Below are positions 18,707-27,687 of a DNA stretch of 64,000 bases, piece after piece. Numbering within the stretch: the first letter of the stretch is position 1; each line of letters begins with the position of its first letter. The notes below the pieces were generated by a model. It worked only from the letters and a program-made list of their open reading frames with translations, searched no databases and was not told the origin of the DNA. A program made the translations under genes and the position numbers. The stretch comes from a virus, in IMG/VR virus record IMGVR_UViG_3300036859_000864, positions 47,462 to 111,461 of that record; one strand, written 5' to 3'.

Positions 18707-19127
18707 GCCCGACCACGACGATGGCCGGGAACTCTGTCGCCTTCAAGTTGTAGAGCGCGACGAAGCGGTGGGCCCCCTCGATGATGAAGGGCCCCTTCTC
18801 GTCGACGCCGATGATCAGCGGGTTGATCTCTCGAGATTCTTCGATCGCGCCAGAGAGCCGCTCGCTTCGCGCGAAGTCGTCGGCGGCGTAGAACACGGAT
18901 CTCGGGCCGCCGAAGTCGGACATCGGTACGACGCGCACACCGGGGAGCGTTTCCGACTCGGCCATGTACCCGTCGATCGAGCTGAGGTTCGGTACGTGAT
19001 CTCGAACCGTCAGGCCGCCGACGACGTCGCCGGCGACCGGGTACCGCGCGCTTGTGCTCGCGATCAGGCCCTCGAGCGACGAGTCGGCGAGCGCGAGTGG
19101 CGCCGCGCCGACCCTGCGGCTTTTGGG
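18699..19127 (-). CDS. ParB/Srx-like domain, probably expressed as a -1 frameshift extension of 19064..20422
   Basis: INPLII.....FIIEGAHRFVAL; frame stays open and coding-like (YPVAGDVVGGLTVRDHVPNLSSI) upstream of ATG 18965 with no ATG/GTG/TTG start. Confidence 0.6.
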   Translation of the reverse strand, partial: PKSRRVGAAPLALADSSLEGLIASTSARYPVAGDVVGGLTVRDHVPNLSSIDGYMAESETLPGVRVVPMSDFGGPRSVFYAADDFARSERLSGAIEESREINPLIIGVDEKGPFIIEGAHRFVALYNLKATEFPAIVVVGLE

Positions 19128-20422
19128 TGGCGACGACTCGACTCGTGCACGCCGGTACCGTTCCTAGCCGCTGCGACGCGCTCGGCGATCTCTCGGTCGC
19201 GGGCGCGTGTGAAGTTGCCTGTCCAGGCCGCCCAAGGGCGCCCCTGAGGCTTGAAGATGTCTACTTGCAACACCGAGTTGCCGGGCTCCCCGGGATGGTG
19301 GACGACCCAAGTTTCGGTCGATGCGTTCAACGTCTTGCTGGGAACGCCAACCCTCAATCGTCGCGCCTCCAAGCCGCCGTCGATGGTGAGCGTCGTCGGT
19401 CCGGAGGCGGGCGCGCCACGACGCGCTTCGCTCGCATGTGACGCAACGTCAGGCACGATTTTCACAGTGTACCCGCGTCCGGTCAGTTCGACTGCGATCT
19501 TGTCCGCTTTCTCGCGCGGGTACGATCGACGGTTCAGCCATCGGATCGGTTGGCCGGTGTCGACGTTGATGATCTTGAACAATGATCCTCTACGAGGCGC
19601 AGCGACCACACCTCGACGCGCTTCGCCGACGCCCCCGCCGCGCATCTCCTGTTTGATCTGCAAGAGCTCGTCCGCGAGCCAATCGCGCGTCTTCGGATCT
19701 TGCAAGGCGCCTTTGAAACCGATCCAAAACTCACGCACCGTCTCGCGTCCGCCTGTCGCCGTCCCGGGCCCGAAAACGCCCCCAGCCAGATCGAGGATGT
19801 CGTTATCGCCGAGGCCCCGCTCCGTGTCCCACACGAGCTGTTGAAGCATGTTTTTCGCGATCACCGTCGCGTCTGACTTCGTCTCGAGCGGGAGCATCTG
19901 AGACGGATCCGCGCGTTCTGCTTCGAGCATCTGCTCGCGGACCCAGTCCATGAAGTATCCGCCTTGGAGTTGATCGTTGGCGTACTGCTCACCGGCGGCT
20001 TCGGCGTTGGGGGCGTCGCCCGTCTCACGTGCGGTCGGAACTCTACGTTTGATCGGCACAGTCGACTCGCCGTAGTAGCGAAACGTCTTTCGCCCCCCAC
20101 CGATATCCACTTCGACGTTACGGTATCCGCGTTGGTCGCTATCGGACACAGAGACTACGGTAGCTTCTCCGGATTTGTCGTAGATGACGTCTCCGACGCG
20201 AAGATCATCCACGTAAATATGCTGATCTCGGCGGCGATCTCTCTTCGCGTTTTCTCGTGTTGTCTTTCGAGTCATCGTGCTCTCCTTCTCGTGTCCTTGG
20301 TAGCCGTGTGAGTAGGCCGCCCGTCCTTGCTTCTCGGCCTTCTGGCGTGCGCCGGGGCCGCAGTAAACCTTCCCGTGGGAGCCCCACTGGTAGCAACCGC
20401 GGCCTCTAGAGTGGACGGGCAT
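19064..20422 (-). CDS. modular multi-domain protein with Arg-rich linkers
   Basis: N-terminal YQWG..GK.Y.G..A..KA..QG module, SH3-like module and further small domains separated by TARE, VGEARRGVVAAPRR, ASEARR, VHESSRR. Confidence 0.75.
   Translation of the reverse strand: MPVHSRGRGCYQWGSHGKVYCGPGARQKAEKQGRAAYSHGYQGHEKESTMTRKTTRENAKRDRRRDQHIYVDDLRVGDVIYDKSGEATVVSVSDSDQRGYRNVEVDIGGGRKTFRYYGESTVPIKRRVPTARETGDAPNAEAAGEQYANDQLQGGYFMDWVREQMLEAERADPSQMLPLETKSDATVIAKNMLQQLVWDTERGLGDNDILDLAGGVFGPGTATGGRETVREFWIGFKGALQDPKTRDWLADELLQIKQEMRGGGVGEARRGVVAAPRRGSLFKIINVDTGQPIRWLNRRSYPREKADKIAVELTGRGYTVKIVPDVASHASEARRGAPASGPTTLTIDGGLEARRLRVGVPSKTLNASTETWVVHHPGEPGNSVLQVDIFKPQGRPWAAWTGNFTRARDREIAERVAAARNGTGVHESSRRHPKAAGSARRHSRSPTRRSRA
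19081..19127 (-). other. candidate -1 programmed ribosomal frameshift signal
   Basis: In-frame C_CCA_AAA heptamer (19127-19121), 6-nt spacer, 9-bp stem GGGUCGGCG/CGCCGACUC. Confidence 0.6.
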
Positions 20423-20426
20423 AGTC

Positions 20427-21563
20427 CTACCGTCTTCGTGTCGATCGTCGAGCGTTCGGATTGTGCGCGCTGCGCGTCGGGCGCGGTGCCTCGTCCATGC
20501 GCGCGCCTTTGATGCGCGAGCCGCGCGGGTAAAAACCCGCGTTCTTGCCGCGGGCGAGGTCGGTCTGCGCCCGCTCGATTGTCGGAGCCGTGATGTGCGA
20601 GATCACCCGACCGTCTGGGTTCACGACCTCGAACTGTTTCCCGTGCCCCGATTCGCGCGCTCTAGGAGGCGCCTGACGGCCGCCGGAGGGCACGAAACGA
20701 ACGACCCCCCGAACTCGCTCGGCCTCGGTCTTCGCGTCCCCGTAGCTCTTGAACGGGCCGGCGATGACGCGGTTGTGGTTGTCGAGGGCCTCGTAGTCTC
20801 GGACGGCATGGCGCCGAGGGGCTCCTCGCCGGGCTTCGGTGTCTCCAGGGAGGTACATGGCGTTCCGAGGAAGCTGGGCGATGATGCTGCGCGCACCAGG
20901 CCCCTGCGCGTGCCAGTAGCCTTCTTTTTGCCAGACGGTGGCCACGTAGTATCCGTTGTCCGGACACGGGAAGTAGATCCGCGTGTTGGCACCGGCGCCC
21001 GATACATGCGTGGCGCCGTCGACGGTGGCCGCATGCTCGATGAGATCTTGGAGCGTGCCGAAGTCAGAGACACGGTGAGTACGCGACGCTGAACGGCGCG
21101 GGGCTGCGACGACGCCACGGCGCCGACTCTCGCCCACGTGCGCGTCCAGAGGCGACCCGTAGATGAGTGTCTCACCGTCCTCGTCCGGATCGCCGACGTA
21201 CAGATCGAACTCGCCGTACTCGTGGGCGCCGTCTGTCAGCTTGGTCGCGTCCGGCTCGGGCCAGTCGCCGTCCCAAAAGCCGGCGCCGGCGCCGTTGCGC
21301 GTCAGCCAGAAGTCATGACCGGCTAGCTCGAGGTTGCCTCCGATGAGCTCTCCGAAACGCTCTTGGAAGGAAGCACAGTCGGCGATCATCTTGTCGCGTG
21401 TCGCGTCGTCGATGTCTCCGACGTCGTAGTTCTTGTCGAGCGGCTCGCCCCCCTGATCGTCCGAGTTGTCCGAGCTCGCCCAGAGGGCCGTTTCGAAGTA
21501 CGCGCGGGTGAAAGAATCCATGCGCTGGGGCGCACGGGCGGTGTGTCGTCTGCGAGCGGCCAT
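20427..21563 (-). CDS. modular multi-domain protein with Arg-rich linkers
   Basis: Acidic domain with AGHDFWLTRNGAGAGFWD motif (seen in phage hypotheticals), then small domains separated by VGESRRRGVVAAPRR, TEARRGAPRR, ARES, MDEAPR. Confidence 0.75.
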   Translation of the reverse strand: MAARRRHTARAPQRMDSFTRAYFETALWASSDNSDDQGGEPLDKNYDVGDIDDATRDKMIADCASFQERFGELIGGNLELAGHDFWLTRNGAGAGFWDGDWPEPDATKLTDGAHEYGEFDLYVGDPDEDGETLIYGSPLDAHVGESRRRGVVAAPRRSASRTHRVSDFGTLQDLIEHAATVDGATHVSGAGANTRIYFPCPDNGYYVATVWQKEGYWHAQGPGARSIIAQLPRNAMYLPGDTEARRGAPRRHAVRDYEALDNHNRVIAGPFKSYGDAKTEAERVRGVVRFVPSGGRQAPPRARESGHGKQFEVVNPDGRVISHITAPTIERAQTDLARGKNAGFYPRGSRIKGARMDEAPRPTRSAHNPNARRSTRRR

Positions 21564-22228
21564 TAGCGTCTCCTCTTGGAGGTTCTGAGCGCAGTTTTCC
21601 TACGCGCGATGCGCTTGCTTCGTTGCGCGTCGGTTTGGGTCAACCGATCGATGTACGACTTGGCGACGATGATCGCCTTCGTTTCAGTGCCGCCGTATCC
21701 GACCTGTTCGGCTTCGACGCCGGTAGCTCCGTTTTCGGATTCGTACGGGCTGTAGACGACGGCGGCGAAGTACCCCTTCTCGCCCTGATGGGGGCGTTCT
21801 TTGGGAGGTACTGGATCGTGATAGACCTCGAATTTGATACCCTTGTACTCACCCGTGTGTTGAAGCGATGCCTTCGGACCGAGCGCGCCGGTGACGAGCG
21901 TCGGAAGACTGGGGGCTTCCTCCTCTTCTTCGCTCATCAAACCGCGAACGAGCTCCTCGACATCTTGCTTGTCTTGGATGGCGGCGATCATGCGTCCGAG
22001 CTGGTCGAGTTCGTGCCACCCGATGCCCCCCAAAGGCTCGAAGCCCATGTCCTCGAGCTCCTCGCCGCCGGGCACGCTTGCGAGAAGTCGGAACACCGTC
22101 GTCGGGTAGTCGTTCGGACCGTGGTCGTAGTTCGGGAGCCACGACCTGAGCTCCGCGATCATGTCGGCGATCGGGGGGCGGGGTTTCGAGGTGTTCGCGT
22201 GCATTCTTCTTCGGGTTGCCATGGTCAT
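21563..22228 (-). CDS. two-domain protein with basic termini
   Basis: AAGGAGA RBS; start 22228 or 22222 (MATRRRMHAN...); basic C-tail. Confidence 0.65.
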   Translation of the reverse strand: MTMATRRRMHANTSKPRPPIADMIAELRSWLPNYDHGPNDYPTTVFRLLASVPGGEELEDMGFEPLGGIGWHELDQLGRMIAAIQDKQDVEELVRGLMSEEEEEAPSLPTLVTGALGPKASLQHTGEYKGIKFEVYHDPVPPKERPHQGEKGYFAAVVYSPYESENGATGVEAEQVGYGGTETKAIIVAKSYIDRLTQTDAQRSKRIARRKTALRTSKRRR

Positions 22229-23766
22229 CGTCTCCTTCGCGGGCTGCGCCGCTCTTGCATTCCGTCTTCGGGCCTCGAGCTCCACACGAGTTCACCGTCG
22301 CGTGTGATTACCGTCACGTAGTCCCCTTCGAACGTCGGGTCTCGGAGCAACTTCTGCGCGGCGCGGATTGCTGCTTGCTCATCGTTCAACGAGAACGTTT
22401 CGCCACCACCGCCGCCCAAACCTCCGACGATGGTTCCGTCGCTGTACGCCCCCTGCACGACGTAGTCGCCATCGTCGACATGGGCGTTCGAATCTTTCTT
22501 ACCCCAAATGGAGGCGTAACCGCTCGTTGAGCTCGCGATCTCATCGTTGCGGTCTTTCGGCCACCAGTCGATGCCCTGAGCGGCTTCCTTGACCGTTTCG
22601 ATCGGCAACTCCATATCGTGCGCTACGGCACGGATGGCGGAGTCGGGGCTGACGTGTTCTTCGGTGGTCGGTACCCTACCCCCGAGATCGGTCAGCTCGT
22701 AGCCGTCCTTCTCGAGGTCGGCCTCTACGCCGGACTCGGTTCGCTCGCTCTCCAGATCACCGTTGACGGCCACGGCGTCTCCGAACGAAGCGACACCGAC
22801 GAGCGAATCTGAATCGAAGCCATCTCGAGCGGCGTCGTCCGCGTGCTGATCGCCGATCGTGCTCCACGTCTGCGCAGCGCCGATGTCGGCCATTTCCTCG
22901 ACTTTCTTTTCGAGGTTGCTTCGGATGTCGCTGTACCCTAGGACGTCGTCCTTGAACGATTCGTCTTCGTCTGCGAGGTACTCGCGGAGTGTTGCGGTCG
23001 CGCCGCTCGACCACTTCACTTCGTGATCGGGAAGATCTCCAGACCAGCCGGAAGGCCCCTCGTCGACACCAGTGCCGTAGTCCATGAGCGCGCTCGCGAT
23101 CGTGAGCGCGCGCTGAGTTGGTGTGAGATCCTCGAGCTGGTTGTGATCCATCCCGATGAAGCTCATGACGTTCGAGATGTTCTCCTTGTTCGTGAGATCG
23201 TCGAGATCGTAGTACGCCTCGCGGGTCCAAAACGGGAAGCCGGCTTCGGCCGCTTCCGTGTCGCCGACGTACTCACGCACCGGTTGGATCTTGAAGAGCT
23301 CGAGGGCTCTGCCGTCGCTCTTGGCGATGGTGCCGCCGTGCGCACCGGGATCCATGTCGCCGTCGATCTGCTCCCACATCGGCATGTCCGGGATCTGAAT
23401 TTCCAGCTTCCCGGGGATGTCAGGGAAGCCCGGCAGGCTCGGTTGGTGGCGGCTCCTCACCCTCCGTCCTTTTCCACGCTCGTGCATCTCCCCGCCGCTC
23501 GCCGCACCCTCGTCCGGGCGCGAGAACCGCTCGAGGTGCCCCGCGTCGGCCGTGAACGGATCGGCCGTCCTCGAGCGCCCGCGTCCCGTCGAGCCCGGAG
23601 GCCAGATGCGGATCGAGCGCGCCTTGGCCTCGTAGCTGTACGGCGTGCCGCTTCCGGGGCGCAGCATGGTCGGCCGTTGATCCATCGGTGCCTGGTAGTA
23701 GAGCGGGCCTCCCGTGCGCGCGTACGCGAGAACTTCAGGCCACGACTTGAAGGCTACAAGGTTCAT
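22225..23766 (-). CDS. modular acidic multi-domain protein
   Basis: 513 aa; domains bounded by EMHERGKGRR and GMQERRSPRRRR. Confidence 0.75.
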   Translation of the reverse strand: MNLVAFKSWPEVLAYARTGGPLYYQAPMDQRPTMLRPGSGTPYSYEAKARSIRIWPPGSTGRGRSRTADPFTADAGHLERFSRPDEGAASGGEMHERGKGRRVRSRHQPSLPGFPDIPGKLEIQIPDMPMWEQIDGDMDPGAHGGTIAKSDGRALELFKIQPVREYVGDTEAAEAGFPFWTREAYYDLDDLTNKENISNVMSFIGMDHNQLEDLTPTQRALTIASALMDYGTGVDEGPSGWSGDLPDHEVKWSSGATATLREYLADEDESFKDDVLGYSDIRSNLEKKVEEMADIGAAQTWSTIGDQHADDAARDGFDSDSLVGVASFGDAVAVNGDLESERTESGVEADLEKDGYELTDLGGRVPTTEEHVSPDSAIRAVAHDMELPIETVKEAAQGIDWWPKDRNDEIASSTSGYASIWGKKDSNAHVDDGDYVVQGAYSDGTIVGGLGGGGGETFSLNDEQAAIRAAQKLLRDPTFEGDYVTVITRDGELVWSSRPEDGMQERRSPRRRR

Positions 23767-24491
23767 CAGTTGTCTCTCCAGTAAACGAACCCGGACGGGG
23801 TCGTGTAGTAGTTGCTGTCGTAGCGCGCGAGGAAGTGCTCGGCGCCGTCTGTGTCGACGGCCTCCTCGGCCGCCGCTTCGATGTCGATGCCGGCGATCTC
23901 GATGGCCTTCGCGGCGGCCTCGTCACCGTAGATCTCTTCGAGATACTCGAGCGGGTCGTTGAGACGCTCTTCGGCGATCTTCGAGGCGACGTCGTCGATG
24001 TAGTCCTCGGGGTCGGGCATCTCGCCCTCGCTGTCTTCCTCGGGGATGCTGTCGAGGTAGCGCTCCGCCGTCTGCCAGAATTGACGGCTGGACATCTCGC
24101 GAAGATCGTCCTCCGCCATACTCTGCACGTCAGACTTGAGCTCTCGACGCAAGCGATCCTTGTCGATGTGGTTCTCGATGAAGTCCTTGTTGAAGTTCCC
24201 GGGCTCTTCTTCGAGATCTTGCGTGACAACTTCGATGGCCAGCTCGTACATCTTGTCGTGACTTTCCACGACATGCCATTCCTTGCCGCCCGTACGATCG
24301 CCTCGAAAATAAATTCGGTAGGCGGTGCCGTCGAAATCTCCGAAACCTGTAAGCTGAGTGCTCTCTTCGATTTTCAAATCGTACGGGTCGATGTCAAGGT
24401 GCTTCGCCACCTCGATGAGCACCGCGTCTTGATCGTCGAAGTCGACCTTGCGCGGGCGCCGCTTCGCTGCCTTTTTCTTTCGGGTAGCCAT
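23766..24491 (-). CDS. highly acidic protein (possible DNA mimic/anti-restriction) with basic N-terminal tag
   Basis: MATRKKKAAKRRPRK followed by D/E-rich body ending DG.EHFLARYD...GFVYWR. Confidence 0.6.
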   Translation of the reverse strand: MATRKKKAAKRRPRKVDFDDQDAVLIEVAKHLDIDPYDLKIEESTQLTGFGDFDGTAYRIYFRGDRTGGKEWHVVESHDKMYELAIEVVTQDLEEEPGNFNKDFIENHIDKDRLRRELKSDVQSMAEDDLREMSSRQFWQTAERYLDSIPEEDSEGEMPDPEDYIDDVASKIAEERLNDPLEYLEEIYGDEAAAKAIEIAGIDIEAAAEEAVDTDGAEHFLARYDSNYYTTPSGFVYWRDN

Positions 24492-24492
24492 C

Positions 24493-24921
24493 TCAGTCGT
24501 CCTCCTCTTCGAACTCGTCTTCGTCTTCATCGTCGTCATCGTCATCCTCATCGTCGTCGTCGACGTCCTCGAACTCAGATTCGATTTCCTTCCACGCCGC
24601 TTCGGCTTTCGTCTTGCCGTCGAATCCGGTGAACCAGTCGGCCTCAACGATGCCATCTTCACGTTCGCAGAGAATCACCACCGAGGTGTCATCGAGCAGA
24701 GCGCCCTCCGCGCCGGTGAGCTGATCCTTCTCCTCTTTCGCGATCTCGTTGATGCGATCGACGACGTCAGGAGTGATTTCTACGAAACCGTACCAGCCGT
24801 CACCTTCGGAGCCTTCCTCCCGATCGGCGCCGCCATCGAGCGTCAACTCGTAGACGTAGCTGTCGATGATTTTGATGAACTTGCCGGGCCCGTACGAACG
24901 AATTCCTGTTTTGATCGGCAT
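24493..24921 (-). CDS. acidic protein with poly-D/E tail
   Basis: TGATG coupling at 24921; GPGKF...DGWYG. Confidence 0.6.
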   Translation of the reverse strand: MPIKTGIRSYGPGKFIKIIDSYVYELTLDGGADREEGSEGDGWYGFVEITPDVVDRINEIAKEEKDQLTGAEGALLDDTSVVILCEREDGIVEADWFTGFDGKTKAEAAWKEIESEFEDVDDDDEDDDDDDEDEDEFEEEDD

Positions 24922-25304
24922 CACTTTCTCCATTCGATCCAAGCTCGATCGATCTCGAGCGGTAACTGTTCGGTGGATACGCCCACCGTCTTGAGAACTC
25001 CCCGTAGAACGCCCCACTCTTGATCGATGATTTCGTCAAGATACTCGTCTTCCGAGTCGCTCTCGATAGCCCCTACGCCGGCGCTCGTGAGCGTCTGAGG
25101 GACTCCTTCGATGGCAACCTCGGCCTCGGCGTAGACGCGCATGAAGTCGAACTCATCGCGCTCGTAGGCGGCAAGGCCGTCCTCGTTCAAGTACGAGGTG
25201 TCCGGGCTCGAGTCCGGCGTGAAGATCACGCGCACGGCGCGCAGCTCCGCACGTGGCCTGCGTGAGGCAGCCTCGACGACGCGGCGTCGCGGGGGAGAGC
25301 TCAT
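24921..25304 (-). CDS. acidic protein with Arg-rich N-terminal tag
   Basis: MSSPPRRRVVEAASRRPR then acidic domain. Confidence 0.6.
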   Translation of the reverse strand: MSSPPRRRVVEAASRRPRAELRAVRVIFTPDSSPDTSYLNEDGLAAYERDEFDFMRVYAEAEVAIEGVPQTLTSAGVGAIESDSEDEYLDEIIDQEWGVLRGVLKTVGVSTEQLPLEIDRAWIEWRK

Positions 25305-25315
25305 CTTGTAACCTC

Positions 25316-25344
25316 AGTGTCCGCGAGCCTACGCGGGGCGTCAA
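25316..25344 (-). promoter_or_regulatory. possible promoter of the 18-25.3 kb operon
   Basis: TTGACG-N17-GACACT on minus strand. Confidence 0.35.
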
Positions 25345-25349
25345 GCCCT

Positions 25350-25619
25350 TCAAAATCCGAAGTATTCCTTGTGGAAACCGTTGAATACCTGTTCGGCATG
25401 TGAGCCGCGGGGGCCGGAGTATTCGCGGACGGTACGGCCATCCTTCGAAACGTTGACCGCGAAGGTGTTCGATTTCGCAAACATGACGACGCTGACGGTG
25501 TGCCCACAGAGCGTCGCAGCCTCGAGCCACCAGGTGCCATCTACATCTTCGAGCAGATCGATCGAACGGATGTCGTAGAGCCGAATGTCGTGCGGGTTCG
25601 GGGAGGGGATCGTGTTCAT
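25350..25619 (-). CDS. hypothetical protein
   Basis: Isolated ORF, protein-like. Confidence 0.45.
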   Translation of the reverse strand: MNTIPSPNPHDIRLYDIRSIDLLEDVDGTWWLEAATLCGHTVSVVMFAKSNTFAVNVSKDGRTVREYSGPRGSHAEQVFNGFHKEYFGF

Positions 25620-25721
25620 GGCTCGAAAGACGCCCGGCCACTTTTAGATCTGACATTGAAAAAGGGGAGGGAAGAACAGTTGCCCGGCTCGCGTAGATGG
25701 TGTACGAAAGGTGAATAGACA

Positions 25722-26219
25722 GTGAATCAGCCCGTCGAACAGATCGTGCAGAAGAGCTTGCCGTTTACAGCCTCGGAAGATTCGGATTCCGGCCCTCGCG
25801 CCGAATTGCGGAGCCCGGCCGTTACGGTCGCCTTCATGCTCGCCGGAAACGCTCACGTAACGTTTCAGAGTCGACGGACCGGCACTCGATTCACGTATCG
25901 CGTCCGGGCGGCTAACAGCCATTCGAGTCAGGGTGAGGCGCCGTACTTCGTGGCCGTTCTGACCGGACCCGACAACTACGAGTACCTCGGGTGCATCTAC
26001 CGCCGAACGAACTACGCTCACGGTCGAAAGAGTCACATCTCGACGGAGGCGCCGAGCGCGGTCGCGTTCGGGTGGGTGTGGCGGTACCTCACCTCGGGGC
26101 GCATGCACCCCGATCTCGCCATCTACCACGAGGGGCGTTGTGGGGCGTGCGGGCGCCGGCTTACGGACCCGACGTCGATTGAGACTGGCTTGGGCCCCAA
26201 ATGTCGGGGCGAGCGATGA
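25722..26219 (+). CDS. DUF6011-domain phage protein
   Basis: AGNA..T..S..TG.RFTY.V...VLTGPDN; HEGRCGACGRRLTDPTSIETGLGPKC. Confidence 0.8.
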   Translation: MNQPVEQIVQKSLPFTASEDSDSGPRAELRSPAVTVAFMLAGNAHVTFQSRRTGTRFTYRVRAANSHSSQGEAPYFVAVLTGPDNYEYLGCIYRRTNYAHGRKSHISTEAPSAVAFGWVWRYLTSGRMHPDLAIYHEGRCGACGRRLTDPTSIETGLGPKCRGER

Positions 26220-26451
26220 AAAAGGGAGGCTCGAATTCACCGGCGAAGATCGCCGAGAAGATCACCGCTGGGTACTTCGACGGGAACGAGACCAAATCTG
26301 TTCTCGATCTCAAGAACGCGATCGTCGAAGCGATTCAAAAGGAACGGATTTCCAAGCTCCGCTCGATGAGGCGTCTTCGTGCGCATTACGTGAAGCTTCT
26401 CGTGGAGGCCAGAGACCCGTGACCTACTACCCGCTCGGGAGAGGCGAGGAC

Positions 26452-26724
26452 ATGAGCGAAGGCGAGTACCAGTATCAGATGGCTCTGTGCGACGCCGCCG
26501 GCAATGAAGACGCGATCTACGAGAGCAGCTCGCTTCATCCGTTAGAAGAGCCTCTTTCTCCGGTGCCGGAAGGCTTCTGGCGCGTTCGAGGAGGTGCGCT
26601 GCTCGAAATCGCGAAGATGTCGACGGAGCATCTCAAGAACGCGATCAACTACTTCGAGCGCAACGACGGTGGTAGGCACTCGAAGATCGAAGAGCTCCGC
26701 GCGGAGTTGGAGCGCCGGACGTGA
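26452..26724 (+). CDS. small phage-type protein
   Basis: GAGG RBS; W....G..L.I..MST.HL.NAI motif. Confidence 0.5.
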   Translation: MSEGEYQYQMALCDAAGNEDAIYESSSLHPLEEPLSPVPEGFWRVRGGALLEIAKMSTEHLKNAINYFERNDGGRHSKIEELRAELERRT

Positions 26725-27068
26725 TACCGTCGCCGAAACTGTTCAACGCCGTGATGTGTTTCGCGGTGTGCCTACCTTGCCTCTTGGTGCAGATAGCGTG
26801 GGTGAGAGGCTTCTGTGGGCCATGGCTCGTACGAAACGTAAACCGCTTCGCTACCGTGGTGTGGGTCATGAGTACGATCGTGGACGCGACGGCAGGCTTG
26901 CGTTTGCACACGGCGATGGATCTACTCGTAGTTTTCGTGGGACTCCGTAACTGGAATCTCCCGAAAGACGACGAACCGCCTCGACGCCGGCGCAAGCTCG
27001 AGAAGAAAACCGAAGCAAAGAGCGGGTTCGATTGGACAGGCGCGGAGCCTGCAAGGGGAACGGCATGA
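26721..27068 (+). CDS. membrane protein
   Basis: Hydrophobic segments plus DDEPPRRRRK tail. Confidence 0.45.
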   Translation: MIPSPKLFNAVMCFAVCLPCLLVQIAWVRGFCGPWLVRNVNRFATVVWVMSTIVDATAGLRLHTAMDLLVVFVGLRNWNLPKDDEPPRRRRKLEKKTEAKSGFDWTGAEPARGTA

Positions 27069-27340
27069 AATCGAGAAATAAAATCATGTGGCTCGTCGTC
27101 GTGGGGCTCATCGGCTGGGGGCTTCTTCGACCGCAAGTAGCCGGAGCGGGCGCGGGCGCCGGTATCTTCCGTGAGGATTCGGTGCGTACCGACGGCGTGG
27201 TCTTCACGCGCGTGCGTGACACGACGGAGCATCGCGTCTGCTACGTCTTGAGCGCGCAGGGCGGAGCTTGGTGGTTCCAAGGTACGGCCACCTTGAACAC
27301 GGCGAACTTTCAATGTTTCCCGGAGGCCAGCGCGAAATGA
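27065..27340 (+). CDS. small secreted/membrane protein
   Basis: N-terminal hydrophobic helix; D......CY......C pattern. Confidence 0.45.
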   Translation: MKSRNKIMWLVVVGLIGWGLLRPQVAGAGAGAGIFREDSVRTDGVVFTRVRDTTEHRVCYVLSAQGGAWWFQGTATLNTANFQCFPEASAK

Positions 27341-27687
27341 AAAAGCAGACCTGGCGTCAGTGGGTGCGCTTGTGCTTGAACGACCCGTCGAGCCCGACGC
27401 TCCTCAAGAAAGGGTCGCTCGCCGCGCTCACAGGGCAAGACGAGCGCGCGTTGAATGCGATAGTGGCGTGCCTCGAGCTCTACTCGAACAGCGACGCCGC
27501 CGGCGAATGCGGTGCGCTCGCGGCGCTCCGGGCGCTTCTCCCTGCGATGCAACCGAGCACGCGGTTGATCGCGCGAGAGCTCATTCCGTTCGTGCTCGAT
27601 TGGCAAGACCGCCAACGGTTGTGGCCTCTCATCGCCCAACCTTCCGATCAAGGGCTGCAACCAGACTTCCGCAGTTTCGCCCCGTAG
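27337..27687 (+). CDS. hypothetical protein
   Basis: GGAGG RBS, ATGA coupling. Confidence 0.5.
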   Translation: MKKQTWRQWVRLCLNDPSSPTLLKKGSLAALTGQDERALNAIVACLELYSNSDAAGECGALAALRALLPAMQPSTRLIARELIPFVLDWQDRQRLWPLIAQPSDQGLQPDFRSFAP

